This document shows positions 31,562 to 41,468 of a stretch of 64,000 nucleotides of DNA, piece by piece (the stretch's first letter is position 1; each line of letters opens with the position of its first letter). This DNA is from Candidatus Moanibacter sp. Lineage in GTDB: Bacteria > Verrucomicrobiota > Verrucomicrobiia > Opitutales > UBA2987. Position numbers and translations under genes: made by a program. The stretch is from NCBI GenBank assembly GCA_965215885.1, contig CBDCEW010000092.1, positions 32,001 to 96,000 of the forward strand, in the 5' to 3' direction. Under the pieces are notes generated by a model. That model ran no database searches. It worked only from the letters and a program-made list of their open reading frames with translations, and had not been told where the DNA came from.

Positions 31562-32062
31562 TTATCGGAACAAGGCTAGAATCAATTCAATCTCGACGTG
31601 AGGTTCTCCTCGTAGATACACTTCTTTTTTGAGAGTCTCTTCCGTCAAATTCACGCGCACATCCAGGTATGGCGGATCGCGGGCTTTGAATAAGAACGAG
31701 CGCCCGTCCAATTCAACGAAGTCGAGCAGAATCGGCTTCGTATTACCGCCGAAGGTAGAGAAAAATCGAAGCTTGAGGTCTTCTCCCTCAAGAAAGAAAG
31801 TCCAATAGTGGATCGAGGCAATGAGATCAGCCTTACCTGAAACGGATCCATCCGGCAGGCGCTCGTATTGAATGTCGTATTTCTGGGGTCCGATCGGCGT
31901 CCTTACGGCCGTTCCTCTCCAGGGACCGATAAGCCCCTCCAGGAATTCGGCGGGCGATACCGCCTCGCTCGTCGTTTCGCTTCTCGCGGCTTCGGATTTC
32001 ACACTGATTAAACAGCTCCACGCGACTAGAAAAGCGAATCCGAAAAGATAGCTCTCACGCAT
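31562..32062 (-). CDS. Hypothetical exported protein
   Basis: Signal-peptide-like N-terminus, beta-rich body (LIGPWRG). Confidence 0.6.
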   Translation of the reverse strand: MRESYLFGFAFLVAWSCLISVKSEAARSETTSEAVSPAEFLEGLIGPWRGTAVRTPIGPQKYDIQYERLPDGSVSGKADLIASIHYWTFFLEGEDLKLRFFSTFGGNTKPILLDFVELDGRSFLFKARDPPYLDVRVNLTEETLKKEVYLRGEPHVEIELILALFR

Positions 32063-32111
32063 GATAATATTGAGTCCGATCTTATTCTCTATTGCAAAGA
32101 CTGTATAATTG

Positions 32112-32269
32112 ATGCCCACGGATGGCTCCGCAGTACCACGGATGCCAATTGGAATAAAAGCGCTCGGTTAGTGAACTGTGCACTCTCATCTCATAATCTC
32201 CATTCGATCCTTCTGTCGATAAACCTAACTATATCTGAAGGCAAGATTCCTCCTTTTAGAAAACATTAG
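32112..32269. repeat. ~155-bp dispersed repeat; inverted copy at 58417-58572
   Basis: atgcccacggatggctccgcagtaccacggatgccaattgga..aaaagcgctcggttagtga..ctaactatatctgaaggcaagatt present in both. Confidence 0.9.
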
Positions 32270-32380
32270 GAACCGTCCGCGAACCTGTTGAAAACCTTGA
32301 GCCTGTCGAACGGCAATGGACAGAAAAGGATCGAGGCAGGGAAAGCCGACGATGACCAGTTGTACGGCATTGCAGGAATT

Positions 32381-32923
32381 TCACGGTTCAGCGGTCGTAT
32401 CGAGAGGGACGGCTCGACCATCTTCCCACTTTTCGAGGTAGACGCTGCTGTCGGCGTGCCAGGCGGGGACGGTGACGGCGAGGTATTCGAGATCTTGTTC
32501 TCCGACGTTGGTGATCTTGTGACTTTTCCCGGGAGCGATGTAGATGGTGTGGCCAGGTGTTACGGTAGTGGCTTCATCGTTCAGAAGCATTATGGCCCGC
32601 CCCTTTAAGATATGATATGTCTCCTCGTCGGATGGGTGAAAATGCTTGATGGAGGTGGCTCCGGGAGGCATCACGATATAGGCGAGGCTGTGTCTATCCG
32701 TGGTGCCGGCCACTTTCCGGCCGATCAGTTCATAGATGATCTCCCCGTTCGGTGTCCGCAGCGGTTTGCTGAGGTCACTGATCTGGAATATTGGCAGCGC
32801 GTCTTCGGGTTGATCGGTCTCCTTTGCGATTTCCCCCGAATGTAGCCGGGCGAGCCCGAGCAAGAAGATGAGTGAGAGAATACCAAAGCGGTAGAATGGT
32901 TTGATTAGAAAATAGCAGCGCAT
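32381..32923 (-). CDS. Cupin-domain protein with signal peptide
   Basis: PPGATSIKHFHPSDEETYHILKG...PGKSHKITNVG. Confidence 0.85.
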   Translation of the reverse strand: MRCYFLIKPFYRFGILSLIFLLGLARLHSGEIAKETDQPEDALPIFQISDLSKPLRTPNGEIIYELIGRKVAGTTDRHSLAYIVMPPGATSIKHFHPSDEETYHILKGRAIMLLNDEATTVTPGHTIYIAPGKSHKITNVGEQDLEYLAVTVPAWHADSSVYLEKWEDGRAVPLDTTAEP

Positions 32924-33318
32924 AGAAAAAAAGGGGAAAGAATTCTCACGCAAAGACGCAAAGGGAAAAGAAAAAGTTGGATTCGTTTGGAGCATAGAAT
33001 TGAAGGAATGTGGTAGTCCCGGAAAGCTCGGACAGAGAATGGAGAGGAAAACGAGAGGAAGAGTTGACCCACGGCGGGCTCCGCCCCATACCACTGTGCT
33101 TGTCAGTGATTCTCGCTACCACGATCGAATAGAGACCTTTTATGATCTTTTGCTCTCGATGCGACGGTTAATGCGAAGTCGGTGTCACTGGGGCTTGAAC
33201 CCGATCCTGAAGCAAAGCACAAAGCTAATTTCGCAACGACATCGTCCAGCTATGTCATCTCTGTGTGGCTCTGTGGTTCTCTGTGTCACTCTGTGTCCCT
33301 CTTCTCTCTCAACGAATT

Positions 33319-33537
33319 TCAAGTTTGGTTACGGCCAGCTGATACGTTAGGATCCTTATGTCCGAAGACACTGAAATACAGCTTAGCGAATGTCGCAACA
33401 ACCGCTTCATCCCATTTCTTCGATATCAGTTCCACAGGTGTGATACCTGCCAGGGTAATGAGGGCGCGATCGCGTCGCGAGAGAGCGGTCACATTGGCGC
33501 AGGACCAACCGATCAGAAGATGTGTTCCTGGTGTCAT
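33319..33537 (-). pseudogene. Internally deleted remnant of a YdjM-like membrane metal-dependent hydrolase
   Basis: MTPGTHLLIGW..RRDRALITLAGI N-terminus joined directly to a C-terminal-like PVELISKKWDEAVV. Confidence 0.45.
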
Positions 33538-33564
33538 TTCATCATTCCACTATTCCCTTTCCTT

Positions 33565-33855
33565 CTAATCCCGGCGTAGGAGTAGAGAAATCGCGATCAG
33601 CAGTTTTATGGTGCACCAGATTCCTATACCTGCGATTAAGAGCAGAAAAGTCGGATGAATAGGCAGGTATTTGCTCAACCCTAGCACCGAGAGCGCGAAT
33701 CCCATACCTACGAGTGCATGCAGTCCCTCATTGAGCCAGGTTGGAAACTTTTCGGCGAAATGTTTGCGATAGCCAAGGATACCGGCCACGAAAGTCCCCA
33801 CGTAGCCGAAACCGGTGATAAAGACGAGGATAACCAGGATGTATTCCAGTTTCAT
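33565..33855 (-). CDS. Small 3-TM membrane protein
   Basis: 96 aa, hydrophobic; ATGA overlap with the upstream gene. Confidence 0.65.
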   Translation of the reverse strand: MKLEYILVILVFITGFGYVGTFVAGILGYRKHFAEKFPTWLNEGLHALVGMGFALSVLGLSKYLPIHPTFLLLIAGIGIWCTIKLLIAISLLLRRD

Positions 33856-34823
33856 CGGTAGGCTTCGTCGAAGGCACCGCGCTGGATTGCCTTTTTAAGA
33901 AGGATAATCGTTTCTTGGACGATCATGTTGATCCTGGCGCTGTCGGCTGCGTCGACCGTCGCTTCCACAACTTCGAGTTTCGGTAGACGAGTTTTTGCGT
34001 CCCGCCCGAGTTCAAAGGTAATGCGCTGGCCGGCCCCGATCTCACGAAAACGATCGCCAAACCATTCCTTCACCGGATCGGGCTTGGGTCCAGCCAAAGC
34101 CTCTTTGAGCAACTGATTCAGTTCCAGTAGGGTAGCGACTGACCCCTTAAACCCGATAATTCCTTCAACGACGCTGATTTCTAATTGCGAAAATGCCTTT
34201 GTATTAGGTTCGACTGTTACGTTTATCGAGTAGGTAGTCCCACGGATACCGGCAATACCAATAGGAGTCTCGATTTCGTAAGTGGAGGCAGTTCGCAGTC
34301 GTCTGGTATGCCCTACGATTTCCCCGTAATCCAACTTCAGGCGTGTTGTCGAACGGCCTGGCTCGATATCGAGATTTTCCAAATCAGCTCTCTCGCGATG
34401 GGTTTCCTGAAAAAACCTCGAGACGGAGAATCGAGTATTGCCGGCCAGGGTTACGGTAGACCCGTTAGAGAACAGCAACACAATGCTGCCGCTTTTTCCG
34501 GTAGTGAGGGTATAACCATCGGCCACGAGTTGGCCCTCCCGGGCAGGGCGCGCAGCGCCACTTGCATCTGTAACCGTTGCCGGATATTGTACTTCTCCGA
34601 GAATGACCAGATTGACGGCCTGAGCCGAAAGCAAAGGAGGGAGAGCTGAGAAAGAGCACAGCGTAAAAAGAACTGGCAGGTGCTTCCATTGAATACAGAA
34701 TTTCACAGAAGGAAACAAAGAGAACGGAGAGGGATGAAGAGGGAGAGTGCCCCCACGGATTCGAGAAAACCGCGGACTGATTGAATATCCAACATCGAAC
34801 GCGATTCTTAGAATTTCCTGCAT
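33852..34823 (-). CDS. FecR-domain protein (true start probably downstream of 34823)
   Basis: LLFSNGSTVTL, LKLDYGEI, YEIETPIGIAGIRGT, VVEG. Confidence 0.8.
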   Translation of the reverse strand: MQEILRIAFDVGYSISPRFSRIRGGTLPLHPSPFSLFPSVKFCIQWKHLPVLFTLCSFSALPPLLSAQAVNLVILGEVQYPATVTDASGAARPAREGQLVADGYTLTTGKSGSIVLLFSNGSTVTLAGNTRFSVSRFFQETHRERADLENLDIEPGRSTTRLKLDYGEIVGHTRRLRTASTYEIETPIGIAGIRGTTYSINVTVEPNTKAFSQLEISVVEGIIGFKGSVATLLELNQLLKEALAGPKPDPVKEWFGDRFREIGAGQRITFELGRDAKTRLPKLEVVEATVDAADSARINMIVQETIILLKKAIQRGAFDEAYR

Positions 34824-34935
34824 TCCTTATTTCTTGAACACAAAGGGTTATATTTTCGATTCGGAGATTTTTCCTAAAGAAAACAAGCATTTTCGAGTTT
34901 GTAGTTTAGAGCTGAATGAGGAAAGTAGGAAAGTG

Positions 34936-36171
34936 ATGGACGACGGTGCTGCCATATACAATCGAGCCATAACCGTTATTCTGGCCGGAGGCGTTGGTTC
35001 GCGGTTGCAACCGTTAACGGCCCAACGTACGAAACCCGCGGTACCGTTTGGTGGGAAATTCCGCATCATTGATTTTACACTGAGCAACTGTCTGCATTCC
35101 CACCTCCGCAAGATACTGGTGTTAACCCAATATATGTCGCATTCGTTGCAAACGCACCTGAGAGACGGATGGTCCATCTTTAACCCAACGGTCGATGAAT
35201 ACATTACGCCGATTCCACCGCAGATGCGGACAGGCAAATCATGGTATGAAGGCACGGCAGACGCCGTCTATCAGAATCTTTACCTGCTGGAACGCAGCGG
35301 CGCGGATTATGTGGTCATTCTTTCCGGTGATCATATCTATCGGATGGATTACTCCGCCATGCTGAAGGCCCACTGTGACACCGGTGCAGATGTGACGGTC
35401 GCGTCCATGAAGGTCGGTGTGAACGATGCCACGAGGTTTGGCATCCTCTCAGTCGATGATTCGAACCGGATTACGGAATTTGAAGAAAAGCCGGTTCACC
35501 CAAAAGTCATGCCGAGCGATCCGGAACATGCCCTCGCATCCATGGGCATTTACGTTTTTTCTCTGGAATTGTTATCCAAGATATTGCGGGAGGATCATGA
35601 TCGAGAAGATTCAACCCATGATTTTGGGAATGACATCCTACCGCGCTTGATATCGTCTCATCAATTTTTCGCCTACCTTTTCGGCGGTCCTACCGGGCGA
35701 GTCGCAATCGATCTTTACTGGCGCGATGTCGGTGACATAGATGCTTACTACGCCGCCAATATGGATCTGCTGGAGCCAGTGCCTGCCATTAACCTCTACC
35801 AGGCAGATTGGCCGGTTCGGACTTTCGAAACTCCGAGCCCTCCTGCTCGAACGGTGGTGGGTAAGTCGGGTGCTCCGGCTGAGCTGGTCAATTCGATGGT
35901 TAGTTCGGGGAGTATTGTCGTTGGGGCTTCCATCAAACATTCAATATTGTCACCCAATGTGCACGTGCACGACAAGGCTGTGGTGGAAAACTCAATACTG
36001 TTTGACGGGGCGAGTATCGGAGAGGCTGCGCGCCTGAAAAACTGCATCGTCGACAAAAATGTCACCGTTCCTCCATGCGAAACAATCGGAATCGACAGCG
36101 AGCTGGATCGCGAGCGATTCACAGTCTCCGCGGGAGGGGTCGTTGTTGTTCCGAGGAACTATAAGTTCTAG
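34936..36171 (+). CDS. glgC: Glucose-1-phosphate adenylyltransferase
   Basis: ILAGGVGSRLQPLT..RTKPAVPFGGKFRIIDF, WYEGTADAVYQN, LSGDHIYRMDY, ASMGIYVF, DFGNDI, YWRDVG. Confidence 0.97.
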   Translation: MDDGAAIYNRAITVILAGGVGSRLQPLTAQRTKPAVPFGGKFRIIDFTLSNCLHSHLRKILVLTQYMSHSLQTHLRDGWSIFNPTVDEYITPIPPQMRTGKSWYEGTADAVYQNLYLLERSGADYVVILSGDHIYRMDYSAMLKAHCDTGADVTVASMKVGVNDATRFGILSVDDSNRITEFEEKPVHPKVMPSDPEHALASMGIYVFSLELLSKILREDHDREDSTHDFGNDILPRLISSHQFFAYLFGGPTGRVAIDLYWRDVGDIDAYYAANMDLLEPVPAINLYQADWPVRTFETPSPPARTVVGKSGAPAELVNSMVSSGSIVVGASIKHSILSPNVHVHDKAVVENSILFDGASIGEAARLKNCIVDKNVTVPPCETIGIDSELDRERFTVSAGGVVVVPRNYKF

Positions 36172-36232
36172 GAATGCGTCTGGCTTAGTCCCCTTATTTC
36201 GCAGAATAAGGGGACTAAGCCAGACGCATTCC
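36171..36232. terminator. 28-bp perfect stem hairpin directly after glgC
   Basis: ggaatgcgtctggcttagtccccttatt-tcgcag-aataaggggactaagccagacgcattcc. Confidence 0.65.
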
Positions 36233-36371
36233 ACAGCGCTCTGCCGAGCGGCAGAGCGAGGACTTATTCGAGTCAGGAGATTACTCTTGGTGGTGGGACG
36301 GGCCCTCCGGGCACGTTCGTTTCCACTGCAGGAATAGTATAGAAAATATGCCTGAATACGCGAACCGAAGT

Positions 36372-36833
36372 TCAGGCAAGAAAGCCGCTGCAGCGAGAAT
36401 CGGGATGGGAGAAGTGGTGGGTCTGGGCGAGAATATCGACGGTGTGGTCGCTGTTCTCAGGGTTTTGCGAAATGTCTGCAAAGGCCGTTTTGAAGGCCCT
36501 TCCCGCGCGTTTGAGCAAGTTGTAGAGTTCGTTTCCGTGACGGCGAATGTATTCTTTAATGGATTCAAGGAGCTTATTGGGAAAGCTCGTCATAACAGAC
36601 TTTTGTTTGCCTTGAATGATGATCTCCCCCAATCGGTCCAGGATGAAAGTTCTGTACTGATTAGCAGTCATGCGCAGGTCATGTTGCTTGAGCCAATTCG
36701 CGGGCCAGGTAATGGCATGAATAAGACTATTGAGGTCACTGTAGAAGACCCCACGATCCACTTCGCGATAGAAAGTGCCTTGAATAATCTGGATCAAGTC
36801 GTCGGTGGTTTCTCTGGCGAGTGATGGGTTCAT
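36372..36833 (-). CDS. Hypothetical helical protein
   Basis: ORF ..HAITWPANWL..FPNKLLESIKEYIRRHGNELY; AT-rich region upstream. Confidence 0.55.
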   Translation of the reverse strand: MNPSLARETTDDLIQIIQGTFYREVDRGVFYSDLNSLIHAITWPANWLKQHDLRMTANQYRTFILDRLGEIIIQGKQKSVMTSFPNKLLESIKEYIRRHGNELYNLLKRAGRAFKTAFADISQNPENSDHTVDILAQTHHFSHPDSRCSGFLA

Positions 36834-38000
36834 CGTTCGCGATGGTCTATTTTGTGCCTGCGAATTTCCTTTAAAGCGCGCGGTAGGTGTAATCATAAAG
36901 CCCGTCTTTGGTGTAGTATGTAACCGGACCCAACCATGAATTCGACTAAGGAGAATCCCCTATATCCATTAGAAGATTTCCCCTCATTCTGAAGCGTCAG
37001 CTGTGTAGTGACTGGGCTTTTCCTTTTCATCATGCCGAGTAATTTAGGGAGTATACCCCAGATTGTCAAAGTCAAACATAGTCAATAACTTATGAAATTT
37101 TCTTAAAAAAACTGTAAAATAAAACCGAGCCGAATGAAGTACTCTTTGGAAAACCATTGAATATGAATGGGTTGGGTATTCGGTAATTGGCTTGCAGGGG
37201 CGGATTCGGCTATGGCAGGGGGTTGCAAGCGAAGGGCTTGAGGGCACCTCGCTATCCAGCTTAGGTAGGGTCTTATACCTAATTCGATTCCAATTATGAT
37301 TGGAAGGGAGTGCACATAAAAGTCGTAATCGTCCTCGTTCTCGAAGAGGGATGCCCGCTAAAGACGCGAAAATGCGCGAAAGGGATGTAAGCGGAATGGA
37401 ATAATGGAATTATTAACTGTTGAATTCGTGAACTGCTCATTGCCTGCCTCGTCCGGCTTGGCGGGAGGAGCGCCGACAGTTCGCAAACCTTGTCGATCAG
37501 ATCTGTAGGACCGCGCTTGTCGGAGACCCTGAGCTTGTCGAAGGGCGCGGGATAAAGTCGACTAGAATGATTGAGACTTGATCGGAGAATGAGAAACGCT
37601 TCCGCGTTCCTCTACGAAGGATGAGAGAGTAGGAAGTTTTACGATCTTCGGTCGTGATCAAAATTGTGATCTGAAATCGATCTTCGAATCTTTGTCGTCA
37701 ACTTCGTCGTCAGCTTTGTCGACAAGGTTCGTGAGCGAGGTTCGGGACCCGTCGTCGCACCGCTTTGCCGAGGCAGGCAAGGTTTCCCTATCGGGTGGTC
37801 CAGTTTGAAGAAAAGGTGACATTTTACGGGGGCTCTGATCTCTCCTATTCAAACCTCGTCGCGAACCTTGTCGGAACTTATCGTGCTAACTCGTAGAAAT
37901 TTCGAGTTTCGATTACGCTTGAGATTACGGATTCCGAATAACGTTACCAATCTCTCATCCTTCTGGAATCGATCATCGTGATTCCTTATCGTGATCTATC

Positions 38001-40621
38001 CTATTGCGAATCAACCCTCAGGCGCATGAACTTCTCGCTCTCGCCAGCGTTGATTGGAACGGTTGCTTCGATGACTTCGACTTCACCCAGGTCTTCGACG
38101 ACGACTTCAGTGATATCCGAGCTGAACCAATCGAGCAGGTTCGTGGACCACTCGACCTGGCCAACGGCTTCTGGAGTTACTTTGGATTTACGGTAGCTTA
38201 GACTTAAACCGTTTTCGTCGACGGAGGCTTCGATTGCATCGTCACCGTCATTCACAAGCGGGTCGAAGCCCATAAAGTATTCGATGAGGTTCGTGAGTGT
38301 GTCACCGTCCGGATTTGCGCTGTCTCCCCATACGGAGGCCTCTTTTGCTGGATCCATGAGGTCGACTTGATCAAACCTGTCGCTTCGCCAGGAATCGAGG
38401 GTCCCATCATTGAACATGACTGCCGGGGAGAACTCAGAAGTGTTTCCCGATGAGTCGGTAGCCGTCGCGGTAATATACTCCCCGTGTATCGTGAATTCCG
38501 AGAAAGTGATATCGAATGAAGCTTCTCCAGAACCATCTGTCATGACGATCGCCGAACCTAAATAGCGCTCCCCTTCATCAGAGTTGCTGGCATCCACTGA
38601 GCTGCTGGCATAGAAATCCAAGTCAAATTCCTCAATTGGGGCGCTGTTCAAGGCACCGACAATCCGCGTCAAGCCCAGAGTGGAGTATGAAAGAACCGGG
38701 AAATTCTGCAGGTTGTTCGGTCCCGTATCGCCGTCGAGGTCATCGTTCGGGCTGACTCCGTCAGCTCCGAGATCGATCCCAAGAGAACCATTCCTGAATA
38801 TGGAGTTTCCTCGAATGCTGTTCGACGTCGTCGGGGCTTCTGGAACACATTCTATGACGAGAACTCCATTATCATTGAATGCGATAACATTGCTTTCACC
38901 GGGTCCTATACCGCCAATTCTAGTCATTGAGGTGCAGATACTTACAGCAACTCCGGCACTAACGTTTCCAATATCCCCTGTCCCATTGAGATCTGTTCCG
39001 ATGAAGTTACCTTGGACCAGGTTGCCGATGGCATCGGGCAACCAGATACGAATACCGTGGAAATCGTTACCCGAAATTAAGTTGCGTGCGCCGGGTTGCG
39101 AACCTCCAAGGGAGTTATTAGGTGCATTTCGTATTTCCACACCGGCACCCCCGTTGCCCAGGTCGACGGTACCGGTCACATCAGTGCCAATGAAGTTTCC
39201 TTGTACCACGTTTCCTGTGGCACCGATGCCATCAATGTAGATTCCGTAACCATTGTTACCGGAGATTAACTCCGGCACCCCCGTTGCGCGCCGTTTCCTT
39301 GTGCCTGTAATCCACCGATCAGGTTGTCAGCGGCGGAAAGTATCTCCACTCCCAAACCATTTCCCAGTGCAGCACTACCAGTCACGTCGGTACCAATGAA
39401 GTTTCCTTGTATAATCCTGATTCCGGGACCCTCAATCCGAATACCGCCGGAGCCAAATCGATTGATTACCAGGCCCAGCACCGTGCAATCTGCAGCCGAA
39501 ATAAAAAGACCATATGAGCCTCCGGCGTTTGATCCATCCAGCTCGATCTTAAGGACGGCGTTGATGGGGAACTCCGGCGGATTGGTGTTTCGGCTTGCCC
39601 CGGACTGTGTATAGCCGTCGATGATGACGGGTTCTGTGATAATTGGAAAGTCGGAGCCCGTCTGGATCGTATGTGGGCCTGAACCCGGGATATTGAAAGC
39701 TATGGTGTCGGCGGCTGTGGTGCTGTTAGCAGCATGGATCCCTTCGCGAAGGCTACAGTGGGTCGTGTCACATAGGCCATCATCAACGTCGTCGTTGGAG
39801 TTTACCGTGAAGGTTGTTGGGACGCCCGCCGGCGTGAAATCAATCGTGAGGGTCGGTCGGTTGTTCCCGTTTTGACGACTGTTAAATCGTTTTGCGGACT
39901 TCTGCGTCGACTCATTTCCGATAAGGATCCAGCCAGAGTTGCTAATCGGATTATCCAACCAGTCCTGAACGTCGGCAATCATCTGAGCCGACGACCACGT
40001 TGCGTCTCCACTTTCGCCCACCGAAGCGGTGTCCGAGGCGCTGGATTCGAAGTCACCGCCGAGATTCATCCATGTCATCGGTGTGTCAAAGAATCGGTGT
40101 GTCCATGTGGCGTCGTTGGTTTGAGCGTTGCCTCCCTTGCCTCCGGTTCCGCCAAAGCCGGCGTTGAATGATCCCTCTTCACCCCAATCCTGCGTAAGCT
40201 TATGAACCGCCATGGACTGGTTTCCCGGGCGACTTCTCGAAATATGTAGGGTCAGGGTCACGTCGTTAATCGTCGACCCCGCGGGTATGCCAGCATTCTG
40301 GCCATCTCCATTGACGATGTCAAAAAAGAGGAGAGCCCTGCGCAACGCCTCACTTCTATGGGGGCCTAATTTTCCCGAAAAGAAGAATGCCCCGTTTCCG
40401 CTGCTATCACTGCCACTTTCTTCATAGATCGTATTATCTCTGGATGGATCCAGGACCACAGTTTCACCCGCCGCATGGGAACTCCAAAGGCTTACTAGAA
40501 GTCCGCCTATTCCGCAGAATATGCGGACTAGAAACCCGAAAATCCGTGAGATTTTCGGATTAGGGGTAATATACGAGCCACTCGAATAGGCAGTAGAGAT
40601 TGGGAACCCTCTCTGGTTCAT
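38001..40621 (-). CDS. Secreted protein: DNRLRE-type domain + CSLREA domain + beta-helix + C-terminal domain; frameshift near 39270-39300
   Basis: RRALLFFD, CDTTHCSLREGI, QGNFIGTD repeats, NNLQNFP, NLIEYFMGFDP..KFMRLRV. Confidence 0.8.
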
Positions 40622-40839
40622 TAGAGCGATTGGTTTGGAACCATTATAGCATTACCGGAGGATCTTAATACTCCTGGCCCCTAAATTGAGCTTCATTTCG
40701 CACATTTCTTAGTTCGATGTTTGGAGCAGGGGGTCAAGCCTCTGTCCTGACGCGCGGCAATAAACGGGATCATGCAGGACTGTAGTCCAAACTGTAGAAA
40801 TGTAGGACTGTGGGACCATAGGATCGAAGAGCAAACGTG

Positions 40840-41416
40840 TTTCCCTCTTCCATCGTGACTCTCAATCCATTCGACAGGCTCATGGCAGGCCGTGATCTGC
40901 TGTCGATCTTCCTTCTTCGATTTTAGATTACGATTATGATTCACGACGGAAGATTGATTAGGTTTCCACTCTTCCATCGTGGCTCTCAATCGTGATCTCC
41001 AGTCGATCTTCTTTTCTTCGAATTTGGATTACGATTATGATGCACGATGGGAGATTGATTAGGTTTCCGCTCTTCCATCGTGACTCTCAATCGTGATCTG
41101 CTGTCGATCTTCTTTTCTTCGAATTTAGATTACGATTATGATGCACGATGGGAGATTGATTGGAGTTTCCCATCTCCCATCGCGACTCTCAATCGTGATC
41201 TGCTGTCGATCTTCTTTTCTTCGAATTTAGATTACGATTATGATGCACGATGGGAGATTGATTAGGTTTCCGCTCTTCCATCGTGACTCTCAATCGTGAT
41301 CTGCTGTCGATCTTCCTTCTTCGAATTTAGATTACGATTATGATTCACGACGGAAGATTGATTAGGTTTCCGCTCTTCCATCGTGACTCTCAATCGTGAT
41401 CTGCTGTCGGTCTTCC
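40840..41416. repeat. Tandem array of ~5.5 copies of a ~101-bp hairpin unit
   Basis: Units start at 40840, 40963, 41064, 41166, 41267 and 41367 (partial). Confidence 0.95.
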
Positions 41417-41468
41417 CATCGGCAAAAGACCTATTAGAGCAAACCAAATTCGCCCGTCCTTCGGAGGA

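Noticed and set aside
40840..41416. CRISPR array
   Set aside because: Units are near-identical along their whole length with no unique spacers, and no cas genes are present
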